NCBI RefSeq assembly: GCF_006345805.1 | Contig: NC_043004.1 | Span: forward strand, 94,860,001-94,924,000 | Direction of reading: 5' to 3' | Length of the DNA stretch: 64,000 bases | Source of the DNA: Octopus sinensis | Taxonomy: Eukaryota | Shown here: piece by piece, positions 26,508 through 39,689 of the stretch | Layout of the letters: the number at the start of each line of letters is the position of its first letter | How positions within the stretch are numbered: position 1 is the first letter of the stretch | Translations under genes and position numbers: made by a program | Notes under the pieces: model-generated | Seen by the model: only the letters and a program-made list of their open reading frames with translations | What the model was told of the DNA's origin: nothing | The model's database searches: none

Positions 26508-26888
26508 TTTACTCTTTTACTCTTTTACTTGTTTCAGTCATTTCACTGCGGCCATGCTGGAGCACCGCCTTTAGTCGAGCAAATCGACCCCGGCACTTAT
26601 TCTTTGTAAGCCCAGTACTTATTCTATCGGTCTCTTTTGTCGAACCACTAAGTGACGGGGATGTAAACACACCATCATCGGTTGTCAAGCAATGCTAGGG
26701 GGACAAACACATACACACACACTCATATACATATATATACGACGGGCGCCTTTCAGTTTCCGTCTACCAAATCCACTCACAAGGCATTGGTCGGCCCAGG
26801 GCTATAGCAGAAGACACTTGCCCAAGTGGGACTGAACCCGGAATCATGTGGTTGGTAAGCAAACTACTTACCACACAGCCACTCCTGT
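26508..26888 (-). mobile_element. SINE family A
   Basis: Reverse complement of the family A consensus. Confidence 0.9.
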
Positions 26889-26929
26889 CTAGATATGCAA
26901 GTATATGCATGAGGAAACATACATAAAAC

Positions 26930-27585
26930 AAAACATACAAATCTGCAGGTATACATACATACATACATACATACATACATCATACATGCATACATACATG
27001 CATACATGCATACACACATGCATACATACATACTACAACATACACACATGCATACATACATAACATACATACATACAACATACATACACACATGCATACA
27101 TACATACATACATACACTACATACATACATACATACATACTACATACATACATACATCCATACATACATACATACACCATGCATCATACATACATACATA
27201 CATACACACATGCATACATACATACATACATACACATATGCATACATGCAGACACACATAATACACACATGCATACATACATACATACATACATCATACA
27301 CACACATGCATACATACATACATACATACATACATACATGCATACATACTCCATACTACATACACACATGCATACATACATACATACATACATACACATG
27401 CACATACATACATACATACATACATACATACATACATACATCACATACATACATACATCATACATACCTACATACATCCACACATGCATACATACATACA
27501 TATACATACACATGCATACATACATACATACATACATACATACATACATACATACATACATACATACATACATACTACATACTAT
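26930..27585. repeat. (CATA)n/(CATG) tetranucleotide array
   Basis: Direct inspection. Confidence 0.95.
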
Positions 27586-28470
27586 ATACGGACAACGCTT
27601 CAAAACCTCCAGCTTCTATATCCAGGCTATGAATTCATATTCTTACCAATAATAATTGGAGCACTAGGTTTTGTTAATAAATGCTTAAGGTAGAATCTGG
27701 ATAAGCTAGGATTTTCAGAAAGAGAAATTGATCGGCTGATTCGTACATTTTAAGTGCAATCTGTGAGTGGAACAGTAAATATATGCAAGACTTTACTCGA
27801 TGTAGATCTGTCTTTGTTAACTACATCCCAAAGCTGGAGCCTTGTATCTTTGTTGGAAACCGGTTCCCTTTTCAGTGGAAGATTTATAATAATCAAAAAA
27901 TAGAAGAGACATATATACATGCATACATACATACATACATACATATAAACATACATACATACATATAAACATACATGCATGCATACATACATACATACAT
28001 ACATACATGCATACATATATGTATACACATACATACATACATACATACATACATACATACATGTATGCATACATACATACATACATACATACATACATAC
28101 TACATATAAACATACATGTATGCATACATACATACATACATACATACATACATACATGCATACATACATACACACATGCATACATGTATGCATACACACA
28201 TACATACATATAAACATACATGCATACATACATACATACTTATAAACATACATGCATACATACATACATGCATACATACATACATACATACATGCATACA
28301 TACATACATAAAAACATACATACATACATACATACATACTTACATACATACATGCATACAAAAATATACTATTGCTGATGGTGAAAAGAAGAAGCTTTGG
28401 ATCTAGGTTAGAAACTGGCTTTTTCTTTATTGGCAAGAAATCTTAAAATATAGTTAAATAATGTCATATA
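27585..28470 (+). mobile_element. 3' fragment of an RLE-type non-LTR retrotransposon with (CATA)n-rich 3' UTR
   Basis: LQNLQLLYPGYEFIFLPIIIGALG...SVSGTVNICKT resembles the extreme C-terminus of R4/NeSL-type ORFs; compare TIPVIVGALG at about 56910. Confidence 0.6.
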
Positions 28471-28504
28471 TATACATGTGTGTGTGTGTGTGTGTGGTGT
28501 GTGT

Positions 28505-28740
28505 GTGTGGCGTGGTTGTGTGGTAAGAAGCTTGTTTCCCAACCACATAGTTCCGGGTTCAGCCCCACTGCGTGGTATCTTGGAAAAGTTCCTTCTACTA
28601 TAGCCTCGGGCCGACCAAAGCCTTTAAAGTGGATTTGGTAGACGGAAACCGAAAGAAGCCCTTCGTGTATAGTGTGTGTGTGTTTGTCCCCCTCACCATC
28701 ACTTGATAACCAATGTTGTCATGTTTACGTCATTAGCGAC
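28505..28740 (+). mobile_element. SINE family A, partial
   Basis: 5' two-thirds of the consensus. Confidence 0.8.
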
Positions 28741-29129
28741 AAGAGCAAACGAAACAAGCAAATGACACAAATTTTGATTAAGTACGGTGGACGAGGAGGA
28801 ACAATCGAACATGTTATATGCATGAATATGTGTGTGAGCTTATGTATGTATGTATGTATGTATGTATGTGTGGTATGTATGTATGTGTATGTATGTATGG
28901 ATATATATGTGTATGTGTGTGTGTGTGTGTGTGCCATCAATCACTTATGTTACTGGTTATGGTGTATAATCGGCCAGAATGCTACCGTCGGTTTCACGCA
29001 GACTATTGTACTTGGCAATATTGTCGTCTCTTCAGACATGATGGCCGATTGTTAAATGGTATAAAAATATAACAGCAGTTTTTCATATTGCATGTGCTTT
29101 CTTTCTGATTCATGAGATACTAACTGATA

Positions 29130-29403
29130 ATATATATATTTTGTTCGGTTCCCTTGTATGTCTCCATTGTCTGTTATTTTTCCCAGCATTGACCCTCCTT
29201 AAATCCAATAATTTATTTTGGTACTTATTTTGTCGTTCAATGCTCGAAATGAGGATTAGACAGCCGACAACTGATGAAGGGTCCTTTTCGTGTTACTTAT
29301 CCTAGTTTCCATTCGTTTCTCTTGTTTGCGTATTGAACTCATTTGTTTTCGTATTTCATGTTGTTTACTGTTAGTGACGTCCTGTCCCATATATGCATAT
29401 ATA

Positions 29404-29445
<42 letters not shown>

Positions 29446-29499
29446 GTGTGTGTGTGTGTGGTGTGTGTGTGTGTTGGTGTGAGTGTATGTATATAAATA

Positions 29500-29537
<38 letters not shown>

Positions 29538-30130
29538 TATTATTATTATTATATTATTATTATTATATTGATTGAACGCTACGCATCTTTTTCCAAGTAA
29601 GTTTATCTTACTCTTCTTGATGCGACTCTACTCTATACTATTTTCTCCCCCATCTTTTTCTTCCCTTCACCGTTTTCTATCTGTCTCTCTCTCTTTCTCC
29701 CTTTCTTTCTCTCTTTCTCTTTGCTCACACGTGACCATTGACCATCCTTCTTCTCTTTGCGTGATCATCTTTCTTTTCCTTCAGGACTGTCCTAAGAACT
29801 GGACGTATTTTGTCTCTCTCTTCTATCTTCTTTCTTTTCAAAGAAAACATTTCTCCAGGGTTCGTTATTTTCCCCTCGTTTTGGTCTAACGACCCACCAT
29901 TTTTGTTTTTGTTCGGTTTCCTTGTATGTCTCCACTGTCCTGTTTTTGTTCCCAATTTTGACTCTCCATAAATCCATATTGCCGATCAATACTCGAAATG
30001 AGGAGTAAATAAACAACCGATAACTGACGAAGGGTCGTTCTGTGTGTTACTAGTCCTATTTTCCATTTGTTTCTCTCGTTGTTTGTGCATTGAACTCATC
30101 TGTTTTCATATTTCATGTTGTTTACTGTAT
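29130..30130. repeat. Two diverged copies (29130-29395 and 29880-30130) of a T-rich unclassified repeat
   Basis: Shared TTTTGTTCGGTT.CCTTGTATGTCTCCA...CTCGAAATGAGGA...AACTGAYGAAGGGTC...TTGAACTCAT.TGTTTTC.TATTTCATGTTGTTTACTGT. Confidence 0.8.
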
Positions 30131-30407
30131 ATATATATGTAGAGAGAGAGGGAGAGAGAGAGAGAGAGAGAAAGGGGTGGAGAGAGAATGATAGACAGTT
30201 AAAAACATATACATAACATCAGTAAGATTATAATGCAAAAGAGAGGCAAACAATGTTTGGAGTCAGACAAGCGAAAATATGTGACCGAAAAAACGTATGA
30301 ATATAAAGCGAAAAACAACAATGGCGGATGCGTACAATTTTTTGAAAGTTATAGACTTATCTGTGTATTTGCTCGTTGTGTCTGTATGTATATATATAAT
30401 GTATGTG

Positions 30408-30447
<40 letters not shown>

Positions 30448-31300
30448 TTGTGTATATCTCATGGCGTTGTATCTGAAATGCAACTTGGCCGCTCAATAAA
30501 AATATCGGTAAAATAAGTACCAGATTGAAATAAGTATGGCCGTAGCCAGTGACTGAAACCGATGAAAAACAGTAAAAGAGTAGCATACACTCTCTCTCTC
30601 TCACTCTCCCATTCTCTGTCTCCCACCTCTCTTTCTTTCACGTATATCTAGTGAAGATAAGTATATGCATGTATTCATGTGCGTACATGGACATGCACAC
30701 GTAAACATACATAAATTTTTGACTACGAACAGTTATATAAATATATGGTAAAAAACATTAAGAGGGTAACAGAACACAAAATAAAATAATATATGGATGG
30801 TGGTTAGATATTTAGTCCTATATGTTTTAATATCATTCATTCGAAACCTTAAAGGCAAAAACGGCAAACAAACTAAGATCCACCTACATGCATAAAAGCA
30901 CGTACAATCCACATACACAGAGATTTAAAATTTGATATGAGGACAATAAAATGATAGGATCTGTCTATTAAGTGTTATATCTCATGATATTATTTATCAC
31001 ATGGTTCTGATAAGACACTTAGACAAAATGAGTAGTATATAAAAGAGCAACGGACGGTGAAGACAATCATCTTGTTTTTACTGATAATGTATGTAATATT
31101 TATTGCTATCACCAAGTATGTATGTGCGTATATAATGTATATATAACATATATGACGCTCTACTATCTATCGGAGATGTTTGGAGGATGTGCATGTGTAT
31201 GTGTGTGTGTCTATGCATATGTTTTTGTGTGTAGATGAGTATATATGTATAAGAACATATTTCTATGCATTAAAGTAATTAAATTTATATACACAAAATA

Positions 31301-31460
31301 GGCGCAGGAGTGACTGTGTGGTGAGAAGCTTGCTTCTCGACCACATGGTTTGGGGTTCAGTCCCACTGCATGGCACCTTGGGCAAATGTCTTCTACTATA
31401 GCCATAGGCCGATCAAAACCTTGTGGATTTGGTAGACGGAAACGAAAGAAGCCCATTGTA
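31301..31460 (+). mobile_element. SINE family A, 5' half
   Basis: Ends at the internal (AT)n that borders the large palindrome. Confidence 0.85.
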
Positions 31461-31746
31461 AATATATAATATATATAGATATATATATATATGAATTCTC
31501 CCCTACATATATATATATATATATATAACAATAATAAAATCTCTGAGCGAGAGATAAACAGTAACTGCTCTATAACATAAGGGGGATCAGCCATCTGAAT
31601 GTGGCTAGGGACAGGGCGGGGTAGTGGGGGTGACTGATGCATTTAGCCCCAGGCGATCATCAACGTCACCAGAAGGGCTGACACCATCTCGGTGTCCTTG
31701 CCAGCCTGCAAAGGGAGATCAGCCTTCCCGAAGATACGGATACTAC

Positions 31747-31787
31747 ATACGGACCGGTTTCGAGGTATTTGCCTCTTATCAACGCAT
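31747..31787 (-). ncRNA. Hammerhead motif, U3-A8 core variant, GUC site (left arm)
   Basis: Exact reverse complement of 31969-32009. Confidence 0.75.
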
Positions 31788-31968
31788 GGTAAGCACCGTT
31801 CTTCGTTGAGGGACTTCCTCTACAGGCTGGATATATATGGATTTTCACAGTAACCACACTCACTGATGTAGAAAAACCGTTCGACAACAATAATAAATCT
31901 CTGAGCGAGATATAAACAGTAACTGCTCTATAACATAAGATGTCCCTCAACGAAGAACGGTGCTTACC

Positions 31969-32009
31969 ATGCGTTGATAAGAGGCAAATACCTCGAAACC
32001 GGTCCGTAT
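31969..32009 (+). ncRNA. Hammerhead motif, U3-A8 core variant, GUC site (right arm)
   Basis: ATGCG-TTGATAA-GAGG-CAAATA-CCTC-GAAA-CCG-GTC-CGTAT. Confidence 0.75.
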
Positions 32010-32304
32010 GTAGTATCCGTATCTTCGGGGAGGCTGATCTCCCTTTGCAGGCTGGCAAGGACACCGAGATAGTGTCAGCCCTTCTGGTGACGTTGATGAT
32101 CGCCTGGGGCTAAATGCATCAGTAGTAACCCCCCACTACCCCACCCTGTCCCTAGCCACATTCAGATGGCTGATCCCCCTTATGTTATATATATATTATA
32201 TATATAATATATATATATATGTATATGTATATATGTGTAGGGGAGAATTCACAAAAAAAAACAAAGACGAAGACAGGTGGTACAGACGTGTGTGTGTATG
32301 TGTT

Positions 32305-34380
32305 AACCAAAGCCATCCCCATTAGAAGAAGAATATTCCAGGGAGGCACGCTTTTTCCACTCCTTTTCTGCTCAGCACTGGCACCTTTATCTGACATGCT
32401 AAATAGAACTGGATGCGGATACAAATGTTACGGCAAAACAATCAGCCACCTTTTATGTATGGTTGACCTAAAACTATACGCTACAAATGATAAAGAGCTG
32501 GAAACACTACTGCAGACAGTACATGGATTTACCAAAGAAATAGATATGAAATTTGGATTAGAAAAATGCGCCAAAGTAACCCTGAAAAGAGGAAAACTAG
32601 TTAAGAGTAGTAACATCACACTAGATAAAGCAAATGAAATAAGAGAATTAGACCAAAGCCAGACATACAAATATTTAGGAATCAATGAACTAGATACGAT
32701 ACAGCACACACAAATGAAAGAGAAAATGAAAAAGAATACTATGGACGAGTTAGATTAATACTGAAAACAGAGCTCAATGCGAAAAACAAGATAATAGGTA
32801 ATAACACTTTAGCCGTCCCAGTTATAAGTTACAGCTACAATATCCTTAACTGGATACTAAATTAACTAACCAAAATAGACAGGAAAACAAGAAAAATAAT
32901 GAACAGGATCTAGGATGCACCACCCAAAATCTGACATAGAAGGCTATATATACAACGTAAAGCAGTGGTAGAGGCCTTATACAGCTGGAAAACTATTATA
33001 AAAATAACCACCATAGGACTGCAAAAATACCTACTTCAGAAGCAAGGAAAACTAATAAAATAGCCAAAAACACGAGCAAAACAAAAACTGTTCTCAGTAT
33101 TTAAGGAAGCTGACAAATACAAATAAGAATCATACTACCTAACAATATGAAGAAGAGAAGAAGAAGAAGAAGAAGAAGAAGAAGAAGAGAAGAAGAAGAA
33201 GAAGAAGAAGAAGAAGAAGAAGAAGAAGAAGAAGAGAAGAAGAAGAAGAAGAAGAAGAAGAAGAAGAAGAAGAAGAAGAAGAAGAAGAAGAAGAAGAAGA
33301 AGAAGAAGAAGAAGAAGAAGAAGAAACAAAAGCTATAAAACAAATGAAATCCAAACTAAAACTAGAACAGCAAAGGACCATGATAAAACGATGGCAAGAA
33401 AAGCCTCTTCATGGCAAATATTGGGCTAAACTAAATGCAGAAAAAATAGACAGAGAAAAATCCCAGCAATAGTTGAGAAGCTCAGGACTCAAAGCAGAAA
33501 CAGAGGGATTTTTAATTGCAGCACAAGACCAAAGCCTCCCCACCAGAAATTACCAAAAACATATTATGAAAAGAAACATATGTAACTGCAGAATATGTGG
33601 AGATAGACAAGAAACAATAAATCATATTATCTCTGGCTACCCAGTCCTGGCTAAGAAGGAATACATTCACAGACACGACAGAGTTGGGACCTACATACAT
33701 TGGAAGCTATGCCAACATTATGGAATAACAACAGAAAAAAGATGGTATAGGCACACACCAGAAAATGTCACAGAAAACGAGAAAGCAACCATACTCTGGG
33801 ATATGGCAATACACACAAATAGAAAAATTAAAAGCCAATATGCCAGATATAGTTGTCAGAGATCATGAAGAAAAAAATGCTTTCTAATTGATGTATCAAT
33901 ACCAGCAGATGACAACGTGTCTCTAAAAGAAATGGAGAAACTTTCAAAATACAAAGACCTGGAAATAGAGGTAACTCGAATATGGAATCTAAAAACAGAA
34001 ACAATTCCTATCATAGTAGACGCATTAAGTATGATAAAAAAATATTCAGACAAATACATAACAAAAATACCAGAACTTACAAACACATATAACATACAGA
34101 AAATTGCACTACTATGCACTGCACACATCCTTACGCAAAACACTTTCAATACAGTAACCATAAGAGCATTACAGCAAACCACAGCACATACCCAAGGCAC
34201 ACAGAGCTGCGCTCGGTAGTGAAGTGAAAGCACGCTATAAAAATAAAACTACTGAATAATAATAATAATAATATTCCATACAATAACCATCAGAGCATCA
34301 CAACAAATCACAGCACATACCCAAGGCACACAGAGCTGCGCTCGGTAATGAAGTGAAAGCACGCTATAAAAATAAAACTA

Positions 34381-34415
<35 letters not shown>
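32305..34415 (+). mobile_element. 5'-truncated R4/Dong-clade non-LTR retrotransposon (RT, CCHC finger, restriction-like endonuclease) with duplicated 3' end and (AAT)n tails
   Basis: Peptides FQGGTLFPLLFC, HLLCMVDLKLYA, KFGLEKC, YKYLGI, ETEGFLIAAQDQ, CRICGD..ETINHIISG, RHDRV, EKLSKYKDL. The 3' segment 34150-34275 repeats at 34283-34415. Confidence 0.9.
33148..33325 (+). repeat. (GAA)n expansion inside the R4-like ORF
   Basis: Direct inspection. Confidence 0.95.
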
Positions 34416-34418
<3 letters not shown>

Positions 34419-34421
34419 TAG

Positions 34422-34476
<55 letters not shown>

Positions 34477-34535
34477 AATAGTAATCCATACACATATACG
34501 CATGCGCAAATACATATGTATGTGTGTTGCGATCT

Positions 34536-34571
<36 letters not shown>

Positions 34572-34593
34572 ATATATATATATATATATATAT

Positions 34594-34637
<44 letters not shown>

Positions 34638-34650
34638 GTATATACATACA

Positions 34651-34681
<31 letters not shown>

Positions 34682-35150
34682 GTATACATTAGCAACGGCC
34701 TAAACTTTCGTGCGAAAGCACTTGTAAAATTAAGCGGTATTTTGAATTTTCACATGAAATATAGCAAAAAATGAACCTTGAAGTGTTCTTTCTCAAAAGC
34801 CGTTAATTTGTCGCACGTTAAAACTGACTTTTAAAATCCACTCACTGATAAATATATGTAAGAGTGAAATTCTGTTTTTATATACATGTATAATTATACA
34901 CAATTGTAAATAATTGTATAAAATGGTACATCCTACATAATTGTATAATAGCATACACTCAGAGAAGAATACACAAACATACGCTTACAAGCCAGAATAC
35001 ACGCCTGCATGTTCACAGAGACGTTTGCGAACGCATACTTTTAGAAAAATTCACAATTTCCTTAAATATAAACGAATATGTAAAACCTTTATACATATGT
35101 TATTTATATATTATATGTATTATGTATATATTATGTGTGTGTGTGTAGAC

Positions 35151-35558
35151 ACGCAGGAGTGGCTGTGTGGTAAGTAGCTTGCTTACCAACCACATGGTTC
35201 CGGGTTCAGTCCCACTGCGTGGCATCTTGGGCAAGTGTCTTCTACTATAGCCTCGGGCTGACCAAAGCCTTGTGAGTGGATTTGGTAGACGGAAACTGAA
35301 AGAAGCCCGTCGTATATATGTATATATATATATGTGCGCGTGTGTGTGTCTGTGTTTGTCCCCATAGCATTGCTTGACAACCGATGCTGGTGTGTTTATG
35401 TCCTCCGTAACTTATCGGTTCGGCAAAAGAGACCGATAGAATAAGTACTAGGCTTACAAAGAATAAGTCCTGGGGTCAATGTGCTCGACTAAAGGCGGTG
35501 CTCCAGCATGGCCACAGTCAAATAACTGAAACAAGTAAAAAAGTAAAAGAGTAAAAGA
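35151..35558 (+). mobile_element. SINE family A, full length
   Basis: Family A consensus. Confidence 0.9.
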
Positions 35559-35984
35559 ATATGTAAATGGATAGATAGATACATACACATAGTTGTAGAG
35601 AATATATTAAAATTGAAGATTAACTTTAACATATAAACATATATACAGAGGTACCCAAGATCATACCCATATATAGATGCGCATTTGTAGATAGAGACAC
35701 TCACACACACGCAAACACACACACACACACACATAAACATACATACGCACATGTATCCGCACATGCTTACATATATGTGCATAGTATTTACATGTCATGC
35801 AAGTATACTTACATTTATGTGTTGTATATTCAGAAGACAATCCTCAATTATGTTATGTCCGACGACATATCATATACATACGTATGTATATATATTGATA
35901 TTTGCAGTACTATGTATGTATGTGTGTGTGTATGTGTGTGTGTGTGTGTGTGTGTGTATGTTTATATATTCAAAATGGGGAAGG

Positions 35985-36458
35985 CTGGTTTATGGGGTTA
36001 CTCTAGGTTTCCTGTCCATAAAGCGTTTAGCTTTATGGCGTATCGTCAGATCCCGAAAATCTGTTGGCCCAAGACCTCTTAAAAGTATGGAGGGGGAAAT
36101 GCATCACTACGCAAAAGTAACAGTTAGGGATTATCTCCCTTTTCTAAAGGCTATCGACTTCCGGCTGTGCCACCATCTTGCGGGGAGCAAGCGGGCATAC
36201 ATTAGACAGGTTTAGATAAGATTTACCTCCATGGGATTGAAAATCACCATAGAGACCAACCTCACAACTGCAGACTGCTTAGACGCCACGCTCGACTTTG
36301 GCCCCCGGTACATACACGCCTTACTGCAAACCAAATGAGAGGCTAAAATACATCAGCGCAGCCTCCTACCACCCACCCATCGTGTTCAAAAACCTGCTAA
36401 AGGGTGTTAGTAAGAGGATCATGGATCTTTCCTCCAGCCAAGAGATTTTCGACGCAGC
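35985..36458 (+). pseudogene. Penelope-like element reverse transcriptase fragment
   Basis: FTSMGLKITIETNLTTADCLDATLD..GTYTPYCKPNERLKYISAASYHPPIVFKNL.K.VSKRIMDLSSSQEIFDAA matches the late RT/thumb region of Penelope-like elements. Confidence 0.75.
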
Positions 36459-37330
36459 TAGGGAGATCTTCGAACAGCTTCTCCATCTTGGACATCACCT
36501 TATGTGTGGTGTCGAAGTCATATCAGTTGGTATACTTCTCAACTGCACCCCACACATAGTAACCCATGGGGTTACAATGGGAGGAATGAGGAGGTCAGAA
36601 ACTGGGGCTAGTTGGTAGAACCGTTAGCACGCCGGGCGAAATGCGTAGCCGTATTTCGTCTGCCGTTACGTTCTGAGTTCAAATTCCGCCGAGGTCGACT
36701 TTGCCTTTCATCATTTCGGGGTCGATAAATTAAGTACCAGTTACGCACTGGGGTCGATGTAATCGACTTAATCCGTTAGTATGTCCTTGTTTGTCCCCTC
36801 TGTGTTTAGCTCCTTGTGGGTAGTAAAGAAATAGGTATTTCGCTTGCCGCTACGTTCTGAGTTCAAATTCCGCCGAGGTCGACTTTGCCTTTCATCCTTT
36901 CGGGGTCGATAAATAAAGTCCCAGTTACGTACTGGGGTAGATGTAATCGACTTAATTCCCCTTGTCTGTTCTTGTTTGTCCCCTCTATGTTTAGCCCCTT
37001 GTGGGCAATAAAGAAATAAGAAACTGGGGCCAGTGAAGTCGTAGACTTTCACCGGCAACTACTTCTGATATTTTTCTGAAGTACGACAAGGAACCGAATC
37101 ATACTGCCACACATGTGGCTTTCCAGCAGCAACCTTCTCCAGCTAAGAATTGACCCCAGTCTCCAGCAGCTACACGTAGCCACTTGAATTGAGTCTAAGG
37201 CCCTGTTCCTCTGTTTCTGCAGTTGTTGGATGAAATCCGGCGTGCGTACGCAGTCAGAACGCCTGTTGTGTCCTTTGCAGCTGACCACGGATTCGAAGTC
37301 ACCGTTGTAGCTATCCATGTTACGTCTTAT
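36459..37330 (-). pseudogene. Deleted Tc1/mariner (DD37D/maT-like) transposase split by a SINE B dimer
   Basis: N-terminal HNRRSDCVRTPDFIQQLQ (about 37220-37280) and C-terminal (W)PPHSSHCNPMGYYVWGAVEK (about 36530-36595). Confidence 0.65.
36609..37018 (+). mobile_element. SINE family B dimer with a 12-bp TSD
   Basis: Flanked by AGAAACTGGGGC at 36597-36608 and 37019-37030. Confidence 0.9.
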
Positions 37331-37351
37331 AGCCTTTACTATGTTTACAAT

Positions 37352-37737
37352 GGAGGCGCAATGGCCCAGTGGTTAGGGCAGCGGACTTGCGGTCATAGGA
37401 TCGCGGTTTCGATTCCCAGACCGGGCGTTGTGAGTGTTTATTGAGCGAAAACACCTAAAGCTTCACGAGGCACCGGCAGGGGATGGTGGTGATCCCTGCT
37501 GTACTCTTTCACCACAACTTTCTCTCACTCTTACTTCCTGTTTCTGTTGTACCTGTATTTCAAAGGGCCAACCTTGTCACTCTCTGTGTCACGCTGAATA
37601 TCCCCGAGAACTACGTTAAGGGTACACGTGTCTGTGGAGTGCTCAGCCACTTACACGTTAATTTCACGAGCAGGCTGTTCCGTTGATTCGGATCAACGGG
37701 AACCCTCATCGTCGTAACCGACGCAGTACTTCCACCA
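37352..37737 (+). mobile_element. SINE family C, full length
   Basis: Near-identical to 42169-42544; tRNA-like head. Confidence 0.9.
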
Positions 37738-39419
37738 CTATGTTCACAGATCATTGAGCAGCAGTCATGAAGATGAAATTTTGACAACCTTGTACAAATC
37801 ATCATGATGCAGACAACTCTTTTCCAGTATTGATATGGCTTCCAGTCCTTCATTTTAGCTAACTTCTTCTCAACTACGACGTTAATCGATATCCTCTCCA
37901 GCACCTTTAATTGTCCACTAATATATCAAGCTGTTCCCGAAAAAAAAAGAGACACAATGTATCCTCGAATTCAGCCCAAACACACTATGTGTGTATGTGT
38001 ATGTGTGTATGTGTGTGTGCGCGCGCGCGGATGTGAGTGCGTGTGCATGTGTGTATGCACGTATGCGTGTTTGTACCTATATACAATTGAGTGTATATAT
38101 ACATGTTTCCATACAGTAAAGTGTTATATGTACACACATAATCTATTTACATCTATGTACACATACACATACACACATACACATACACTCATACACATAC
38201 GGACATATGGACATACACACATACAAACATACCCATACACACATACACACTCATCTTGTTTGTACTATGTATATCCTAAATTTAGCCCTATAACAGCCAT
38301 TATTCCCAAATGGATTCGTACAAAATCACCATCTTTACTGTGGGAATGAATTAAATATTCATCAGATTAGTTAATTGGAAAGTTATGGTTTGTGCTCTCT
38401 TTTACTGTAGATTTGAGAAGAAAATACCTGACGGACAAGTCACAAAGTTGCGACAGAAACCAGCAAATGGGTTTAGTTTCCCCAGAAGTCCAGTCCACAG
38501 GCTATTCTGTTAAATCAATTTCGTCTTGTGGGTCAAAAAAATGAAAACTGTATCCATTGTATTTGTGAGTAAGGAAGGGTAAGCAGGTGTGCGAGTGTGT
38601 GTGTTTGTGTGTGTGTGTGTATGTGAGAGAGAGAAAGGGAGAAAGAAAGGGAGAGAGAGAAAAAAAGTTGGGGAGAGAGTTAAGTTGCGGAGATGGATAT
38701 GTGTGGATATGTTATGTTGACTGTAGAAGAAATAAACATTTTTTTTGTGAGTGCAGTACCTGATGGCAAAATAAAGAAAGAAACTTGCAAGAGAAGGATA
38801 TGAAGATGCTGTTCCGGAATGAAATGCGAGCATCAGTTGAGGAGGAGTTAAGCAGCAAGAGCATTGAGTTTCAGCAACAGGAAGTCTGGTTAAGAATGAA
38901 GCAAGCGGTTGTACGCAAAGAGGAAAGATGAGGACAAAAGTCAGTCGAGAAACATAATGAAGGGTAAGGGTATAAGAGGAGGGGCATTTGGGGCCCACAA
39001 AGAAATCGGAGGAGCGAAGAGAGTAGGTATATAGTATGTGAGCAGTATGAAGTTACTTCAAATGGAGCAAAACGTCAGCCCTTTTGCTAGGATGAATCCG
39101 ACTGCTTAGCCAAGGTATACTTTCCTTCGTGAAGGCAACGAGGAGAATCTCACTTTTAGATTGCAGTGAATTTTTCAAACGATTGATCACTGTAAAACCT
39201 GCGTCTATATGCGTATTCTCACTGGCTTTATTTTCTGTGTTAGCCAAATTTTGTATATGCCTTTGCATGTATAAGTGCATAATGATATATTGCAGGATAT
39301 ATATATATATATATATGTATAACGGGAAGGTTCACGAAAATAAACAAAAGACGAAGGCAGGTGGAGTACAAACAAACGAATGTATTAGTATGGCGCTCAG
39401 GAATAGAAATAGAACAAGT

Positions 39420-39455
39420 CTTTTACGTTTCGAGCCTACTCTCTTCGACAGAAAG
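39420..39455 (-). ncRNA. Hammerhead-like motif with CUGUCGA core, in a ~190-bp repeat (39320-39510)
   Basis: Minus strand reads CTTT-CTGTCGA-A-GAGAGTAGGCTC-GAAA-C-GTA-AAAG. Confidence 0.5.
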
Positions 39456-39689
39456 ATACACAGAAAAAAACAATGAGAGAAAAAAATGCGTGTAGGAGCT
39501 AACGATCTATCATATATATATATATGTGCAACTATGTATAAGTTGCGTTAATTTAAATCCTAAACTGTAATGTTTATTTTGGGATATACTTTTCATTTAT
39601 CCATGTTCGTTTTATGCATCATTCTGAAGCGCATTACCAATTTTTGGTAACGGTTTTCTTTTAACTCTTTATTCTTGCTATGGTAGGTG

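Larger units (their letters stand above)
31492..32251. mobile_element. Nested fold-back element: ~245-bp inverted arms, a 53-bp direct repeat and an outer 15-bp inverted repeat
   Basis: Arms at 31571-31814 and 31942-32189. Direct repeat at 31527-31581 and 31886-31939. Outer IR TGAATTCTCCCCTAC (31492-31506) / GTAGGGGAGAATTCA (32237-32251). Confidence 0.9.

Noticed and set aside
29240-30040. GAAA...CTGA(T/C)GA in permuted (type II-like) order here and at about 8890 and 61575
   Set aside because: Stem I cannot be formed in any copy, so I do not call them ribozymes. The recurring order may reflect decayed Penelope-derived ends and could be rechecked against family consensuses.
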